The notes under the pieces: generated by a model | What the model was told of the DNA's origin: nothing | The model's database searches: none | Seen by the model: the letters and a program-made list of their open reading frames with translations, nothing else | Assembly: GCF_018802765.1 (NCBI RefSeq) | Contig: NZ_CP069163.1 | Location: 1,892,311 to 1,932,310 of the forward strand | Source of the DNA: Paludibacterium sp. B53371 | GTDB lineage: Bacteria > Pseudomonadota > Gammaproteobacteria > Burkholderiales > Chromobacteriaceae | Length of the DNA: 40,000 nt | Direction of reading: 5' to 3' | Shown here: positions 28,178-36,323 of the stretch, in pieces | How positions within the stretch are numbered: the first letter of the stretch is position 1 | How the letters are laid out: every line of letters starts with the position of its first letter | Made by a program: the position numbers and the translations under genes

Positions 28178-28585
28178 AATCAGGGAAGACGGGGAAGCGG
28201 CGGAGGCCGAAGCGAATGCGGCCTCAAGACCCGCCCTGCCGGATGCGACACGCGGACTGAGACGCCACTGCGCCATCAGCGCCGCCTGTCTGAACTGTTG
28301 TTGCAGCTGGGCAAAGCCGTCCGACTCCCCCTCTGTCCCGGAAGCCGGGTTATCTGCAGCCGCCTGCACCGGCGCAGGCCCCCGCATGGCGGCAGGCACG
28401 GACGGCACGCTGCTCACCACCCCCATCTGAGCCAGACTGAGCCCTGCCCCGGGCATCAGTCCGGCATGATCTGGCGGGTCGCCCTGATAGCCAGGGGTGG
28501 CGGCCACGCCGGCCAGGTCACTGGCATGACTGCTGGGCATCAGCGTGAGCGATGCCGGACTGCCGGGCACGATCGGGAAATCCAT
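28166..28585 (-). CDS. hypothetical protein, Pro/Ala/Ser/Gly-rich, probably largely disordered
   Basis: 139-aa ORF with CAGGAG about 5 nt upstream of the ATG. Third-codon positions are mostly G/C in this frame. I recognise no motif. The C-terminal third (FAQLQQQFRQAALMAQWRL) looks helical. Confidence 0.5.
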   Translation of the reverse strand: MDFPIVPGSPASLTLMPSSHASDLAGVAATPGYQGDPPDHAGLMPGAGLSLAQMGVVSSVPSVPAAMRGPAPVQAAADNPASGTEGESDGFAQLQQQFRQAALMAQWRLSPRVASGRAGLEAAFASASAASPSSLIARA

Positions 28586-28762
28586 CCAGACTCCTGTTCT
28601 GATGCGACCACGCCAGACAGGCCCATGCTCAACGGCGTGTATCGCACACTAACAGCTTTGTCAGACAGTCGAACGGCAAAATTCCCGAAATCGGTTTTGA
28701 AATAATTACCAATTGTTAATGATGACCTTGTCCTAGAACAGAGCAGCCGGTTCGGACAGGAC

Positions 28763-29104
28763 TCAGGCACTGGTCTGCAGCAACGAGCCGGGGCGATGCA
28801 AACCATTCCCCTCCATGCCGGCAGCCACATGGCGCATCATCTGCGACACGGCCAGCCGGCCCGGACCATGATGCAGTGCGACCCGCTGCAACATCGCCTC
28901 GACCAGCAAGGGATGGCGATGGCGAACACGCCGCGCCGCCGCCTCAAGCGCCAGCACCTTTCCGACCTTGCCCAGCTTGACTGGCATGACATGACCATGC
29001 TGAGGCAACTGCGCCAGGGCAGCCGCCGCAGCGAGTGCATATGGGCTGGCCTCGGCCCGGTGGTGATGCAGGGCATGCACGACGGGATGAACAGACAACG
29101 ACAT
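28763..29104 (-). CDS. hypothetical His-rich protein (113 aa)
   Basis: In-frame ATG 29104 inside track ORF 28763..29218, with GGAG 7 nt upstream. MSLSVHPVVHALHHHRAE...RHRHP...LHHGPG... contains 13 His by my count. No known motif. Confidence 0.45.
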   Translation of the reverse strand: MSLSVHPVVHALHHHRAEASPYALAAAAALAQLPQHGHVMPVKLGKVGKVLALEAAARRVRHRHPLLVEAMLQRVALHHGPGRLAVSQMMRHVAAGMEGNGLHRPGSLLQTSA

Positions 29105-29253
29105 AACAACTCCGTATGAGGGGAGCCCTGCGATCAGGGCGACATATCGGAGAGTTTGTTGAAATGGCAAACGACTGAATCTAGGCGAATTCCTAAACTG
29201 ACAGCCGCAGCCGGTCATTGGCGGTCAGTGGAACACTTGATATGCACCGCGCA

Positions 29254-29274
29254 ATATATGCTATAAACATATAT
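29254..29274. promoter_or_regulatory. AT-rich inverted repeat ATATATG-N7-CATATAT upstream of the LuxR-type gene
   Basis: Read directly 23 bp upstream of the 29297 ATG, in the divergent intergenic region shared with the His-rich ORF. Confidence 0.3.
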
Positions 29275-29296
29275 TAAACCCCTAACGGCGCTGGCG

Positions 29297-30439
29297 ATGA
29301 TCGACGCACACAGCCTCTCCCATCTCATCCACCTGATTTATCGTGCAGCCGAAGACCAGCAGGCATGGCCCGCCTTCCTGGCTGCCTTTGCCCGGACATT
29401 CCATGGCGGCCCCAGCGCCTTGTTCATGCATGACAGTCAATGCGGCGATTTATCCCGCCAGGGGGATAAGATCATGCTGCTGGAGTATCACGACTACGAT
29501 TCGGCGTATGTGGAAAGCTATACGCGTCACTACGCCGCCTGCAGCCCATGGACCCGCGCCCAGGCCCAATTTGCGCCCGGACAGGCCGTCCTGTCGGAAA
29601 TGCTCTGTCCGACTGACGCGCTGATCCGGACCGAGTTCTATCAAGACTGGCTGCGCCCGCAAGGCTTGATGTATTGCCTGGGCGGACTGGTCAGTCGCGA
29701 CAATGGCCATACCATCATGCTGGCCACACTGCGCAGCGCCGGACAACCCGCCTTCGACCAGCAAGATCTGCGACATTACGATCTGCTGCAGCCCCACCTG
29801 AAACTGGCACTGGCCCTGCATCGCCGGCTGAGCCTGCTGAGCAGTCTGAACGGCGCACTGGATTCCCTGCCCCTGGCCTTGTGGTTGTGCAACCGTGAGG
29901 GCAAGGTGTTGCATGTCAACCAGGCAGGGCGACAGATCGCCAGCCGGCGACGCGGATTATGGATTGACGAAGGCGGAGGGCTGCACAGTGAACAAACGAG
30001 CGAAGATGCCGGCCTGCAAGCCGCCATGCGGCGCGCCTGCGGACACCAGGACGCCGGACATCGCAGCGGCAGCGCCCTGGCACTGAGCCGCCCTGACTCC
30101 ACCACCACCCTGACGGTCATGCTGGCCCCCGTAAAGGAGGGGGCGACCGGACTGAGCGATGACACCCACGTCATCGTATTTGCCACCGACCCGGACGAGC
30201 GCACCTATGCGCCGGAGGAGCTGTTGATCCAGCGATTCGGCCTGACGCGCCGCCAGGCACAACTGGCGGGCTGGCTGATGCTGGGGGAGGACCTGAAGAG
30301 TTACGCCCGCCATTTCGACGTGGCTTACGACACGGCACGCAGCCACCTGAAACAGGTTTTTCTCAAGACAGGGGCACGTCGTCAAGCAGAATTGATCCGT
30401 ATCCTGTTATCGGTGATGCCGACACAGAACGAGTCCTGA
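29297..30439 (+). CDS. LuxR-family transcriptional regulator (C-terminal GerE-type HTH, uncharacterised N-terminal sensor region)
   Basis: 380 aa. The C-terminal segment FGLTRRQAQLAGWLMLGEDLKSYARHFDVAYDTARSHLKQVFLKTGARRQAELIRIL is a LuxR/GerE HTH. I see no receiver or autoinducer-binding motif in the N-terminal 300 aa. Confidence 0.85.
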   Translation: MIDAHSLSHLIHLIYRAAEDQQAWPAFLAAFARTFHGGPSALFMHDSQCGDLSRQGDKIMLLEYHDYDSAYVESYTRHYAACSPWTRAQAQFAPGQAVLSEMLCPTDALIRTEFYQDWLRPQGLMYCLGGLVSRDNGHTIMLATLRSAGQPAFDQQDLRHYDLLQPHLKLALALHRRLSLLSSLNGALDSLPLALWLCNREGKVLHVNQAGRQIASRRRGLWIDEGGGLHSEQTSEDAGLQAAMRRACGHQDAGHRSGSALALSRPDSTTTLTVMLAPVKEGATGLSDDTHVIVFATDPDERTYAPEELLIQRFGLTRRQAQLAGWLMLGEDLKSYARHFDVAYDTARSHLKQVFLKTGARRQAELIRILLSVMPTQNES

Positions 30440-30456
30440 GGCCAGGGCGGGCAGGA

Positions 30457-30915
30457 TCAGCCCTGATGCAGGCACTTGCCGAAACAGGCGGCCTCACTGC
30501 GGCCACTGTACCGCCCATAGTTGGCAATCCGCACATAGCCATGCCGCTGATAAAACGCCACGGCACGACGGTTGATTTCGCGGGTTTCCAGCCAGACTTC
30601 CTCATAGCCCATGCGCCGGGCCTCGGCTTCGAGATGCGCCAGCAATTTGCGCCCCACCCCCTGATGGCCCGGCACCGCATACATGCGCTTGATTTCGGCA
30701 ATGCCGGGTTCCAGCGGGCGCAATGCCCCGCAGCCCACCGGCTCGCCGCGATCACCACGCGCCACCACAAAACAGGACTTGGCGCCCTTGAGTTCGGACG
30801 GATCAAAAGAAGCGCGACCGCTACTGCCGGTCAGATTGAACAACACCGTGGACAAAGCATTCTGCAGCATGACGGCATCGGCACAGGACGGGTCTTCATG
30901 AGTCAGCTGGTACAT
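30457..30915 (-). CDS. GNAT-family N-acetyltransferase
   Basis: 152 aa. Acetyl-CoA motif A is HQGVGRKLLAHLEAEARRMG (Q/RxxGxG/A), followed by AVAFYQRHGY. Confidence 0.9.
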   Translation of the reverse strand: MYQLTHEDPSCADAVMLQNALSTVLFNLTGSSGRASFDPSELKGAKSCFVVARGDRGEPVGCGALRPLEPGIAEIKRMYAVPGHQGVGRKLLAHLEAEARRMGYEEVWLETREINRRAVAFYQRHGYVRIANYGRYSGRSEAACFGKCLHQG

Positions 30916-31021
30916 GGCTCACCTCCGTGATAATCGGTCGTTGTCGTTGCCCAACGGGCATTTCCCTTGATTTCAGAATAAGACTTGTCAGCGATAGTGC
31001 AAGAACGGACCTGCACCCTGA

Positions 31022-31774
31022 TCAGCGGGCCGGCGCGTGGGCCACCACAATGATTTCGCCACTACTCTGCGGATCGAATGCGCCCCCCTGCCAATCGCCA
31101 TACCAGTCAATCTTTCCGAATCCTGCCAGCGCCAGATGCTCGGCCAGACGTGGCTGTGACAAAAAACGCAACTGGCTCTCGCTGACCCAGTGACGACCGG
31201 CCGGCAACAGCTGGTAATGATCTTCAAAACGAATCAACTGCCCGATCTGCTCGACAAAGCGGTTCCAGTGCGCCAGGCGCTGCCCGTCAGGCAGCATGAC
31301 CTCGCGCCGGGTCACCATGGGGGTCCAGTGCCGCCAGGCCCGCCTGAGGGGATTGCGCGTCTCGAACATCAGCCGACCGGCCGGACGCAAACGTTCACGC
31401 ACCCCACTCAGCGTGGCGGCAATATCGCTGTCCGTCTGCAGGCACTGAAAGGCATGGCCGGTCATCGTCACCAGATCAAACATCGGCTCCGGCGGTACAA
31501 ACGACAACTCGCCGACATGCCACTGCACCGTTTGCCCCGCATCCTTGGCCCGCGCGCACTGCACCATGGCCTCGGCCGGATCGATCGCCATCACCCGGTG
31601 GCCGCCGGCGGCCAGCCGCAAAGGCCAGCTGCCGGTGCCGCACCCCACATCCAGCACATCCAGTGATGTTTCGCCCAACTGAGACTGGTAAAACAACCAG
31701 TCATGCTCAGACTCATTGAAGGCATCATAAAAACGCGCCAGCGTGGCAGAGGTGTAGTGTTCGACTTCCATCAT
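31022..31774 (-). CDS. class I SAM-dependent methyltransferase
   Basis: In-frame ATG-ATG at 31774/31771 just after GGGAGGA (the second ATG is better spaced). SAM motif I is VLDVGCGTGSWPLRLA, followed by the acidic loop VMAIDPAEAM. The long N-terminal extension in the track overlaps the LysE gene and is rejected. Confidence 0.85.
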   Translation of the reverse strand: MMEVEHYTSATLARFYDAFNESEHDWLFYQSQLGETSLDVLDVGCGTGSWPLRLAAGGHRVMAIDPAEAMVQCARAKDAGQTVQWHVGELSFVPPEPMFDLVTMTGHAFQCLQTDSDIAATLSGVRERLRPAGRLMFETRNPLRRAWRHWTPMVTRREVMLPDGQRLAHWNRFVEQIGQLIRFEDHYQLLPAGRHWVSESQLRFLSQPRLAEHLALAGFGKIDWYGDWQGGAFDPQSSGEIIVVAHAPAR

Positions 31775-31799
31775 TCCTCCCGGGACCGCCAGAACCCAT

Positions 31800-32432
31800 T
31801 TACGGGGCCTGCAAACGAGCCAGCCTGACCCCCATGCCGATAAACAGCAGGCCGCCGAGGCGACGCAGCCCAGCGAACAACCTGCCGTTGCGCAGCCTGG
31901 ACTGTATCTGACCTGCACTAAAAGCATAAATGGCATGCACCAGACACACGATGGCGGCGATGGTCAGGTACATCACGGCAAACTGGGACCACAGAGGGCG
32001 GTCATTCACCAGGAATTGCGGCAAGAAGGCCGAAAAGAAGATCATGGTTTTCGGATTGCTGCCAGAGACGAACATCGCCTCACGCCAGACCCTTCCCCGG
32101 TCAAAGGAAGGGACATCGCCACGCACAACGGCCGTGGACCGACCCGGCGACGACGGCCATAACTGCCGCACGCCAAGCCAGAGCAGATACCCTGCCCCGA
32201 CAAGCTTCATGATGAGAAAAAGAGGCGGCAACGTCTTGAGCACGGCCCCGACGCCGAGCGCCACCAGCAGCACCACCAGCAACTGCGCCAACAAATTACC
32301 CGACACGGTCACAAACGTGGCTCGCGGCCCATAGCGCAGCGTATTGCGAATAACCAGCAATACATTTGGCCCCGGGGACAAGGTCGTCGCCAGATAGGCC
32401 AGTGCAAACCAACACCACAGATGCCAGCTCAT
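31800..32432 (-). CDS. LysE/RhtB-family amino-acid (or amine) exporter
   Basis: In-frame ATG 32432. MSWHLWCWFALAYLATTLSPGPNVLLVIRNTLRYG has the LysE signature (SPGPN). About 210 aa with six hydrophobic segments. Confidence 0.88.
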   Translation of the reverse strand: MSWHLWCWFALAYLATTLSPGPNVLLVIRNTLRYGPRATFVTVSGNLLAQLLVVLLVALGVGAVLKTLPPLFLIMKLVGAGYLLWLGVRQLWPSSPGRSTAVVRGDVPSFDRGRVWREAMFVSGSNPKTMIFFSAFLPQFLVNDRPLWSQFAVMYLTIAAIVCLVHAIYAFSAGQIQSRLRNGRLFAGLRRLGGLLFIGMGVRLARLQAP

Positions 32433-32490
32433 CGTTGCACCGCATTTATAATCAATGACATTTTCATACTGCATTTCTATCAGAACGGCG

Positions 32491-33861
32491 TCAAGCCTGA
32501 CTTGCCCTGGCCAGGGCCTGACACACCCGCACCACATCGGATGCCTCGGTACGCCAGTTGCTGAAAGCCGCCCGAATGCCTTTCTGTCCCTGCCACACCC
32601 CCGGTGTCATGAACACCTCGCCCGCGGCATTCAGGCGTGTCAGCACCGCCATCGCCTCAGCGTGGCGCGGCCGGAAGATCACCACATTCAAGCGTGGCGG
32701 CTTGAGCAGCTCATAATCCGGCGAAGCCTGCAGCCATTCAGCGAGAGCGCTCGCCTGGCGGCAATTCTCCTCGACGATATGCCGCATGCCATCGCGCCCA
32801 TAGGCCAGCAGACTGAACCACAGCGGCAGCGCACGGAAGCGGCGCGATTGCTCGATGCCACGATCCATCAGGGCCGGCAGGCTGTCATGCATTTCCAGAT
32901 AGGGGGCGGCGACCGAGCAGCACTGCTGCAGCAGATCCGCGTGGGGCGTGAAGAAAATACCGCAGTCGTAAGGCACATTGAGCCATTTGTGGCCGTCGCA
33001 GGTGATGGAGTCGGCCAGCTCGATGCCCGCGGTCCAGCCATGCCGCGAAGGATCCAGGCGCGAAAACAGCCCGAAGGCACCATCAACATGCAACCAGGCC
33101 TGATGCTGGCGGCACAGGGCCGCAATGGCCGTCAAGTCATCAAAGTCAGTACCGGTGACCGTACCGGCACTGGCAATGACAATTTTGCCCGGTTCCGGGC
33201 TGGCGGCCAGCATGGCGGCCAGCGCCGCGACATCCATCGCTTCGCTGTCCGGCAGACAAGGCACGGCAGCGATCTGCTCGCGCCCCAGCCCGACCAGACC
33301 AAGCACCTTAAGACTGCTGGCATGCGGGGTGGCACTGAATACCCGGATCGCCGCCGGCCCGATGCCGTCTCGCGCAATGTCGCGCCCCTGACGCCAGCCG
33401 GCATGCTGGCGGGCGCAGACCATGGCCAGCAGATTGGCCGCCGTGGCCCCGGTGGTCAGGCTGCCGACCAGCCCTTCGGGCAGATCCAGCAACTGCCGCA
33501 GCCAGTCCAGCACCTGTAGTTCCACCCCGGTGGCGATCGAGTTGCCGGCAGAGGCGACGTTCTGATCGATCACCGCCGTCAGCCAGTCGCCCGCCAGCGC
33601 CGCCGGGGTCACGCCACCGGTGACGAAGCCGAGATAACGCGGACCGGGCGAGGCATTGAAGCCGGGCGCCAGGTCCTGACAAAATGCCTGCCAGACGCCC
33701 GCCAGCCCCAGCCCCTGCCCGGGCAGCGCCAGCTCCGGCGGCGAAGGATCATCCGGCCGAGCCACCGGGCGCTGCCCCAATTGCTGCAACCACTCCCTGC
33801 TCCATGCCAGCAGCTGCGGTTGAAGATCGAAAAAAGCCTGATCCGCCTGAGCCTGTTCCAT
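32491..33861 (-). CDS. group II pyridoxal-phosphate-dependent amino-acid decarboxylase
   Basis: 456 aa. It has the PLP-lysine context SITCDGHKWLNVPYDCG, TGGATAANL, and the overall fold-type I decarboxylase layout. Substrate cannot be called from sequence by eye. Confidence 0.85.
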   Translation of the reverse strand: MEQAQADQAFFDLQPQLLAWSREWLQQLGQRPVARPDDPSPPELALPGQGLGLAGVWQAFCQDLAPGFNASPGPRYLGFVTGGVTPAALAGDWLTAVIDQNVASAGNSIATGVELQVLDWLRQLLDLPEGLVGSLTTGATAANLLAMVCARQHAGWRQGRDIARDGIGPAAIRVFSATPHASSLKVLGLVGLGREQIAAVPCLPDSEAMDVAALAAMLAASPEPGKIVIASAGTVTGTDFDDLTAIAALCRQHQAWLHVDGAFGLFSRLDPSRHGWTAGIELADSITCDGHKWLNVPYDCGIFFTPHADLLQQCCSVAAPYLEMHDSLPALMDRGIEQSRRFRALPLWFSLLAYGRDGMRHIVEENCRQASALAEWLQASPDYELLKPPRLNVVIFRPRHAEAMAVLTRLNAAGEVFMTPGVWQGQKGIRAAFSNWRTEASDVVRVCQALARASQA

Positions 33862-33914
33862 CGCATTGTCCTTTCGTGATTGATGCCAAAAGCTTATGCT
33901 GAAGACCCGGCAGG

Positions 33915-33950
33915 ATACAGATACAGAATGACAGATAAAAAAGAGTACAG
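33915..33950. promoter_or_regulatory. tandem ATACAG repeats in the MocR/decarboxylase divergent region
   Basis: ATACAG-ATACAG at 33915..33926, GACAG at 33930..33934 and GTACAG at 33945..33950, just upstream of the MocR start. MocR/GabR-type regulators commonly bind short direct repeats. Confidence 0.3.
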
Positions 33951-35372
33951 ATGAACGCCAAATATCAGCAACTGGCCCTCAGCCTGCGCCACGACATTCA
34001 TCAGGGCAGGCTGCCGCCCGGTCAGCGTCTGCCGTCGATCCGGCAGCTGGCCCGACAGCATGGCGTCAGCCTGACCACGGCCATTCGCAGCTACGAATGG
34101 CTGGAGGCACAGGGAGAGATCCAGGCCGCGCCCAAGTCCGGTTTCTATGTGCGTGCCCGACGGCAAGCCAGTGCAGCGCCGCGCTTTAAGGACTTCGATC
34201 CGCTCGCCCATCCGGTCGACCATGCCGGCCTGATCGCCGAAATCCGCCAGGGTGCCCAACACCCCGGCCACACCCCGCTGGGTACGGTCATGCTGGCCCC
34301 CTCGCTGCTGCCGCTCGCCAGCCTGCAGCAAAGCCTGCAGCGTTCGGCGCGGCGTGCGCCGCAGGCAGCGGCCAGCTATGGCGCCCCCGGTGGCGAAGCC
34401 ATCTTGCGCCAGGCACTGTGCCAGCATTTCGCCGCGGACGGGCTGGCACTGCATCCGGAAGATCTGCTGATCACGCAGGGCTGCATGCCGGCACTTCATC
34501 TGGCGCTGCTGGCCGTCAGCCAGCCCGGGGATAGTATTGCCGTCCCCTCCCCCTGCTACAGCGGTCAACTGCAGCTACTCGCCAGCCTGGGGCGTCAGGC
34601 ACTGGAAATACCCTGCAGCCAGCACGGCATGGATCTGGACCGGCTGGAGGCCTGCCTGGCCGGCGGCCAGACCCGGGTCGCCCTGCTCAGTGCCAGCCAC
34701 CACAACCCGCTCGGCTTCAGCCTGTCCAGCGAGGACAAGCAGCGCATCGCGGCACTGGCACAGCGCTACCAGGTCACCGTGATCGAAGACGATGTGTTCG
34801 GGGAATGCAGCCATGGCGGTCCGCGCCCCCTGCCGATCAAGGCCTGGGACAGCACCGGCCAGGTAATCTGGTGCGGTTCCTTCTCCAAGACCCTGGCGCC
34901 CGGCTATCGCATCGGCTGGTGCGCCCCCGGCAGACACCATGATGCGCTGCGCAGCCTGCATCTGGCCGGCATGCTGGCTGTCAATGCCCCGCTGCAGCTG
35001 GCACTGGCCGATTTCCTGCATCGCGGTGAATACCGCCGTCACCTGCGCCGGCTGCAACCGCAACTGGCCCGGCAGGTCGACCAGCTGCGCCAGTCGGTGT
35101 TGCGCCATTTCCCGCCCGGCACCGCCGTCAGTCAGCCCGACGGCGGCTACGCGCTCTGGGTGCAACTGCCGGACGCAGGCGACGGCATGGCGCTGTATCG
35201 CGCCGCGCGCCAGCGAGCGATCAGCCTGGTACCGGGCATGGTGTTCAGCGCCCGCGGACTGTATGGCGACTGCCTGCGACTCAATGCCGGCAACCCCTGG
35301 AGCGACGGCCTGGATCAGGCGGTTTCACGGCTGGGCGCACTCGCCACGCAGGGTCTTGCCGCACGTGGATGA
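33951..35372 (+). CDS. MocR-subfamily GntR regulator (winged HTH fused to a fold-type I aminotransferase-like PLP domain)
   Basis: 473 aa. The N-terminal GntR HTH is LPSIRQLARQHGVSLTTAIRSYEWLEAQGEIQAAPKSGFYV. The long C-terminal aminotransferase-like domain contains SFSKTLAPGYRIGW (PLP lysine context). Confidence 0.9.
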   Translation: MNAKYQQLALSLRHDIHQGRLPPGQRLPSIRQLARQHGVSLTTAIRSYEWLEAQGEIQAAPKSGFYVRARRQASAAPRFKDFDPLAHPVDHAGLIAEIRQGAQHPGHTPLGTVMLAPSLLPLASLQQSLQRSARRAPQAAASYGAPGGEAILRQALCQHFAADGLALHPEDLLITQGCMPALHLALLAVSQPGDSIAVPSPCYSGQLQLLASLGRQALEIPCSQHGMDLDRLEACLAGGQTRVALLSASHHNPLGFSLSSEDKQRIAALAQRYQVTVIEDDVFGECSHGGPRPLPIKAWDSTGQVIWCGSFSKTLAPGYRIGWCAPGRHHDALRSLHLAGMLAVNAPLQLALADFLHRGEYRRHLRRLQPQLARQVDQLRQSVLRHFPPGTAVSQPDGGYALWVQLPDAGDGMALYRAARQRAISLVPGMVFSARGLYGDCLRLNAGNPWSDGLDQAVSRLGALATQGLAARG

Positions 35373-35800
35373 CGATCCACCCACAAAGTGCCCAGCAGAC
35401 CCAGTCCTGCCAAGACGGCCCCCAGTACCCGCCAGCCGGACAGCCCTGCGTGCAGCCAGGCATCCAGCAGCAGACCGGCACTCATCTGCCCCGCAAACAT
35501 CAACAGGGTCATGGCAAAGGCCGAGACATGCGGTGTCACCCGATTGCACAACACCACGAAACCCACCCCCACCGCACCACCCAGCCAGGCCCAGCCTGGT
35601 ACAGTGACCCAGGCAAGGGATGGCCAGGGCAAGGAGACGCCACAAGACAGACAGGCCAGCACGGCGGCAGCCAGCCCTCCCAGATAATTGACCAGCGTCC
35701 CCGGCAGCACGCCGATCTGTCCGGCCAGCCGTGCGTTCAACAGACGCGACAGGGTTCGCGCCACACCGGCCAGCAAAGCCAGCATCATCGCCATCCACAT
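35315..35800 (-). CDS. DUF606 (YdcZ-like, DMT superfamily) half-transporter
   Basis: In-frame ATG 35800 with AGGAGG 6 nt upstream (MWMAMMLALLAGVARTLSRLLNARL...). Four to five hydrophobic segments. It is paired with the upstream paralogue. Confidence 0.75.
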   Translation of the reverse strand: MWMAMMLALLAGVARTLSRLLNARLAGQIGVLPGTLVNYLGGLAAAVLACLSCGVSLPWPSLAWVTVPGWAWLGGAVGVGFVVLCNRVTPHVSAFAMTLLMFAGQMSAGLLLDAWLHAGLSGWRVLGAVLAGLGLLGTLWVDRHPRAARPCVASAPSRETA

Positions 35801-35818
35801 GATTGCCCTCCTTTCCAT

Positions 35819-36235
35819 TCAATGCGCCATGGCCACAATGCCGACGACAATCAGGGCCAGACAGGGCCATTTGCGGGCATCAAAACGCACCCGGCGCACC
35901 CCCAGCCAGCCAAAGTGATCAACCAGCATGGCCGAAGCCGTCTGACCGAACAGGCCCAGCGCCGCGGTCAGGGTGACGCCCAGGCGCAGGAAACCGGCAT
36001 TGGCCAGCACCACGATCAGCATGCCGACCACCCCGCCGCCATACCACCAGAACGGAATGCCCGGTCGCCACAGCGACCAGCGGCGCTGCACCAGCAACAG
36101 CAGCACCCACAACAGGCCCGACAAGTGAATCAGGACACTGGCCGGCTGATTGCCCAGTGCCGCCGCCATCTGACCATTGAGATGAATCATCAGCGCCGTC
36201 AGCGCGCCACAGAGAAATGCCCACACAGTCATCAT
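35819..36235 (-). CDS. DUF606 (YdcZ-like, DMT superfamily) half-transporter
   Basis: 138 aa, MMTVWAFLCGALTALMIHLNGQMAAALGN.... It has the same architecture as the downstream gene and is separated from it by 18 nt. Confidence 0.75.
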   Translation of the reverse strand: MMTVWAFLCGALTALMIHLNGQMAAALGNQPASVLIHLSGLLWVLLLLVQRRWSLWRPGIPFWWYGGGVVGMLIVVLANAGFLRLGVTLTAALGLFGQTASAMLVDHFGWLGVRRVRFDARKWPCLALIVVGIVAMAH

Positions 36236-36281
36236 CCTGCCTCCTTGCCACCGAGCTTAGGTGGTTTGAATTGGCAGTCGT

Positions 36282-36297
36282 TATGACAAATGTCACA
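36282..36297. promoter_or_regulatory. CRP-family binding-site-like palindrome (TATGA-N6-TCACA)
   Basis: TATGACAAATGTCACA matches TGTGA-N6-TCACA at 9 of 10 core positions. It lies in the 88-bp divergent region between the DUF606 pair and the Crp-like regulator. Confidence 0.45.
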
Positions 36298-36323
36298 ATG
36301 GTATTTTCTTCGAGGGCAGCCGC

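Noticed and set aside
28796-29119. 107-aa plus-strand ORF overlapping the His-rich minus-strand ORF.
   Set aside because: It has no RBS and its composition is less gene-like. The minus-strand ORF has GGAG 7 nt upstream. Neither frame is proven, so the minus-strand call has only moderate confidence.
30457-31021. Considered the GNAT as a TacT/AtaT-type toxin of a toxin-antitoxin pair.
   Set aside because: No small RHH/DUF1778 antitoxin ORF lies upstream in 30916..31021. The sequence looks like a generic metabolic GNAT.
35315-35372. 58-nt convergent overlap between the 3' ends of the MocR gene and the second DUF606 gene. Smaller 7-nt convergent overlaps occur at 12014..12020 and 37007..37013.
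   Set aside because: Most simply explained by scarce stop codons in GC-rich DNA extending non-conserved C-terminal tails. There is no further evidence of antisense regulation.
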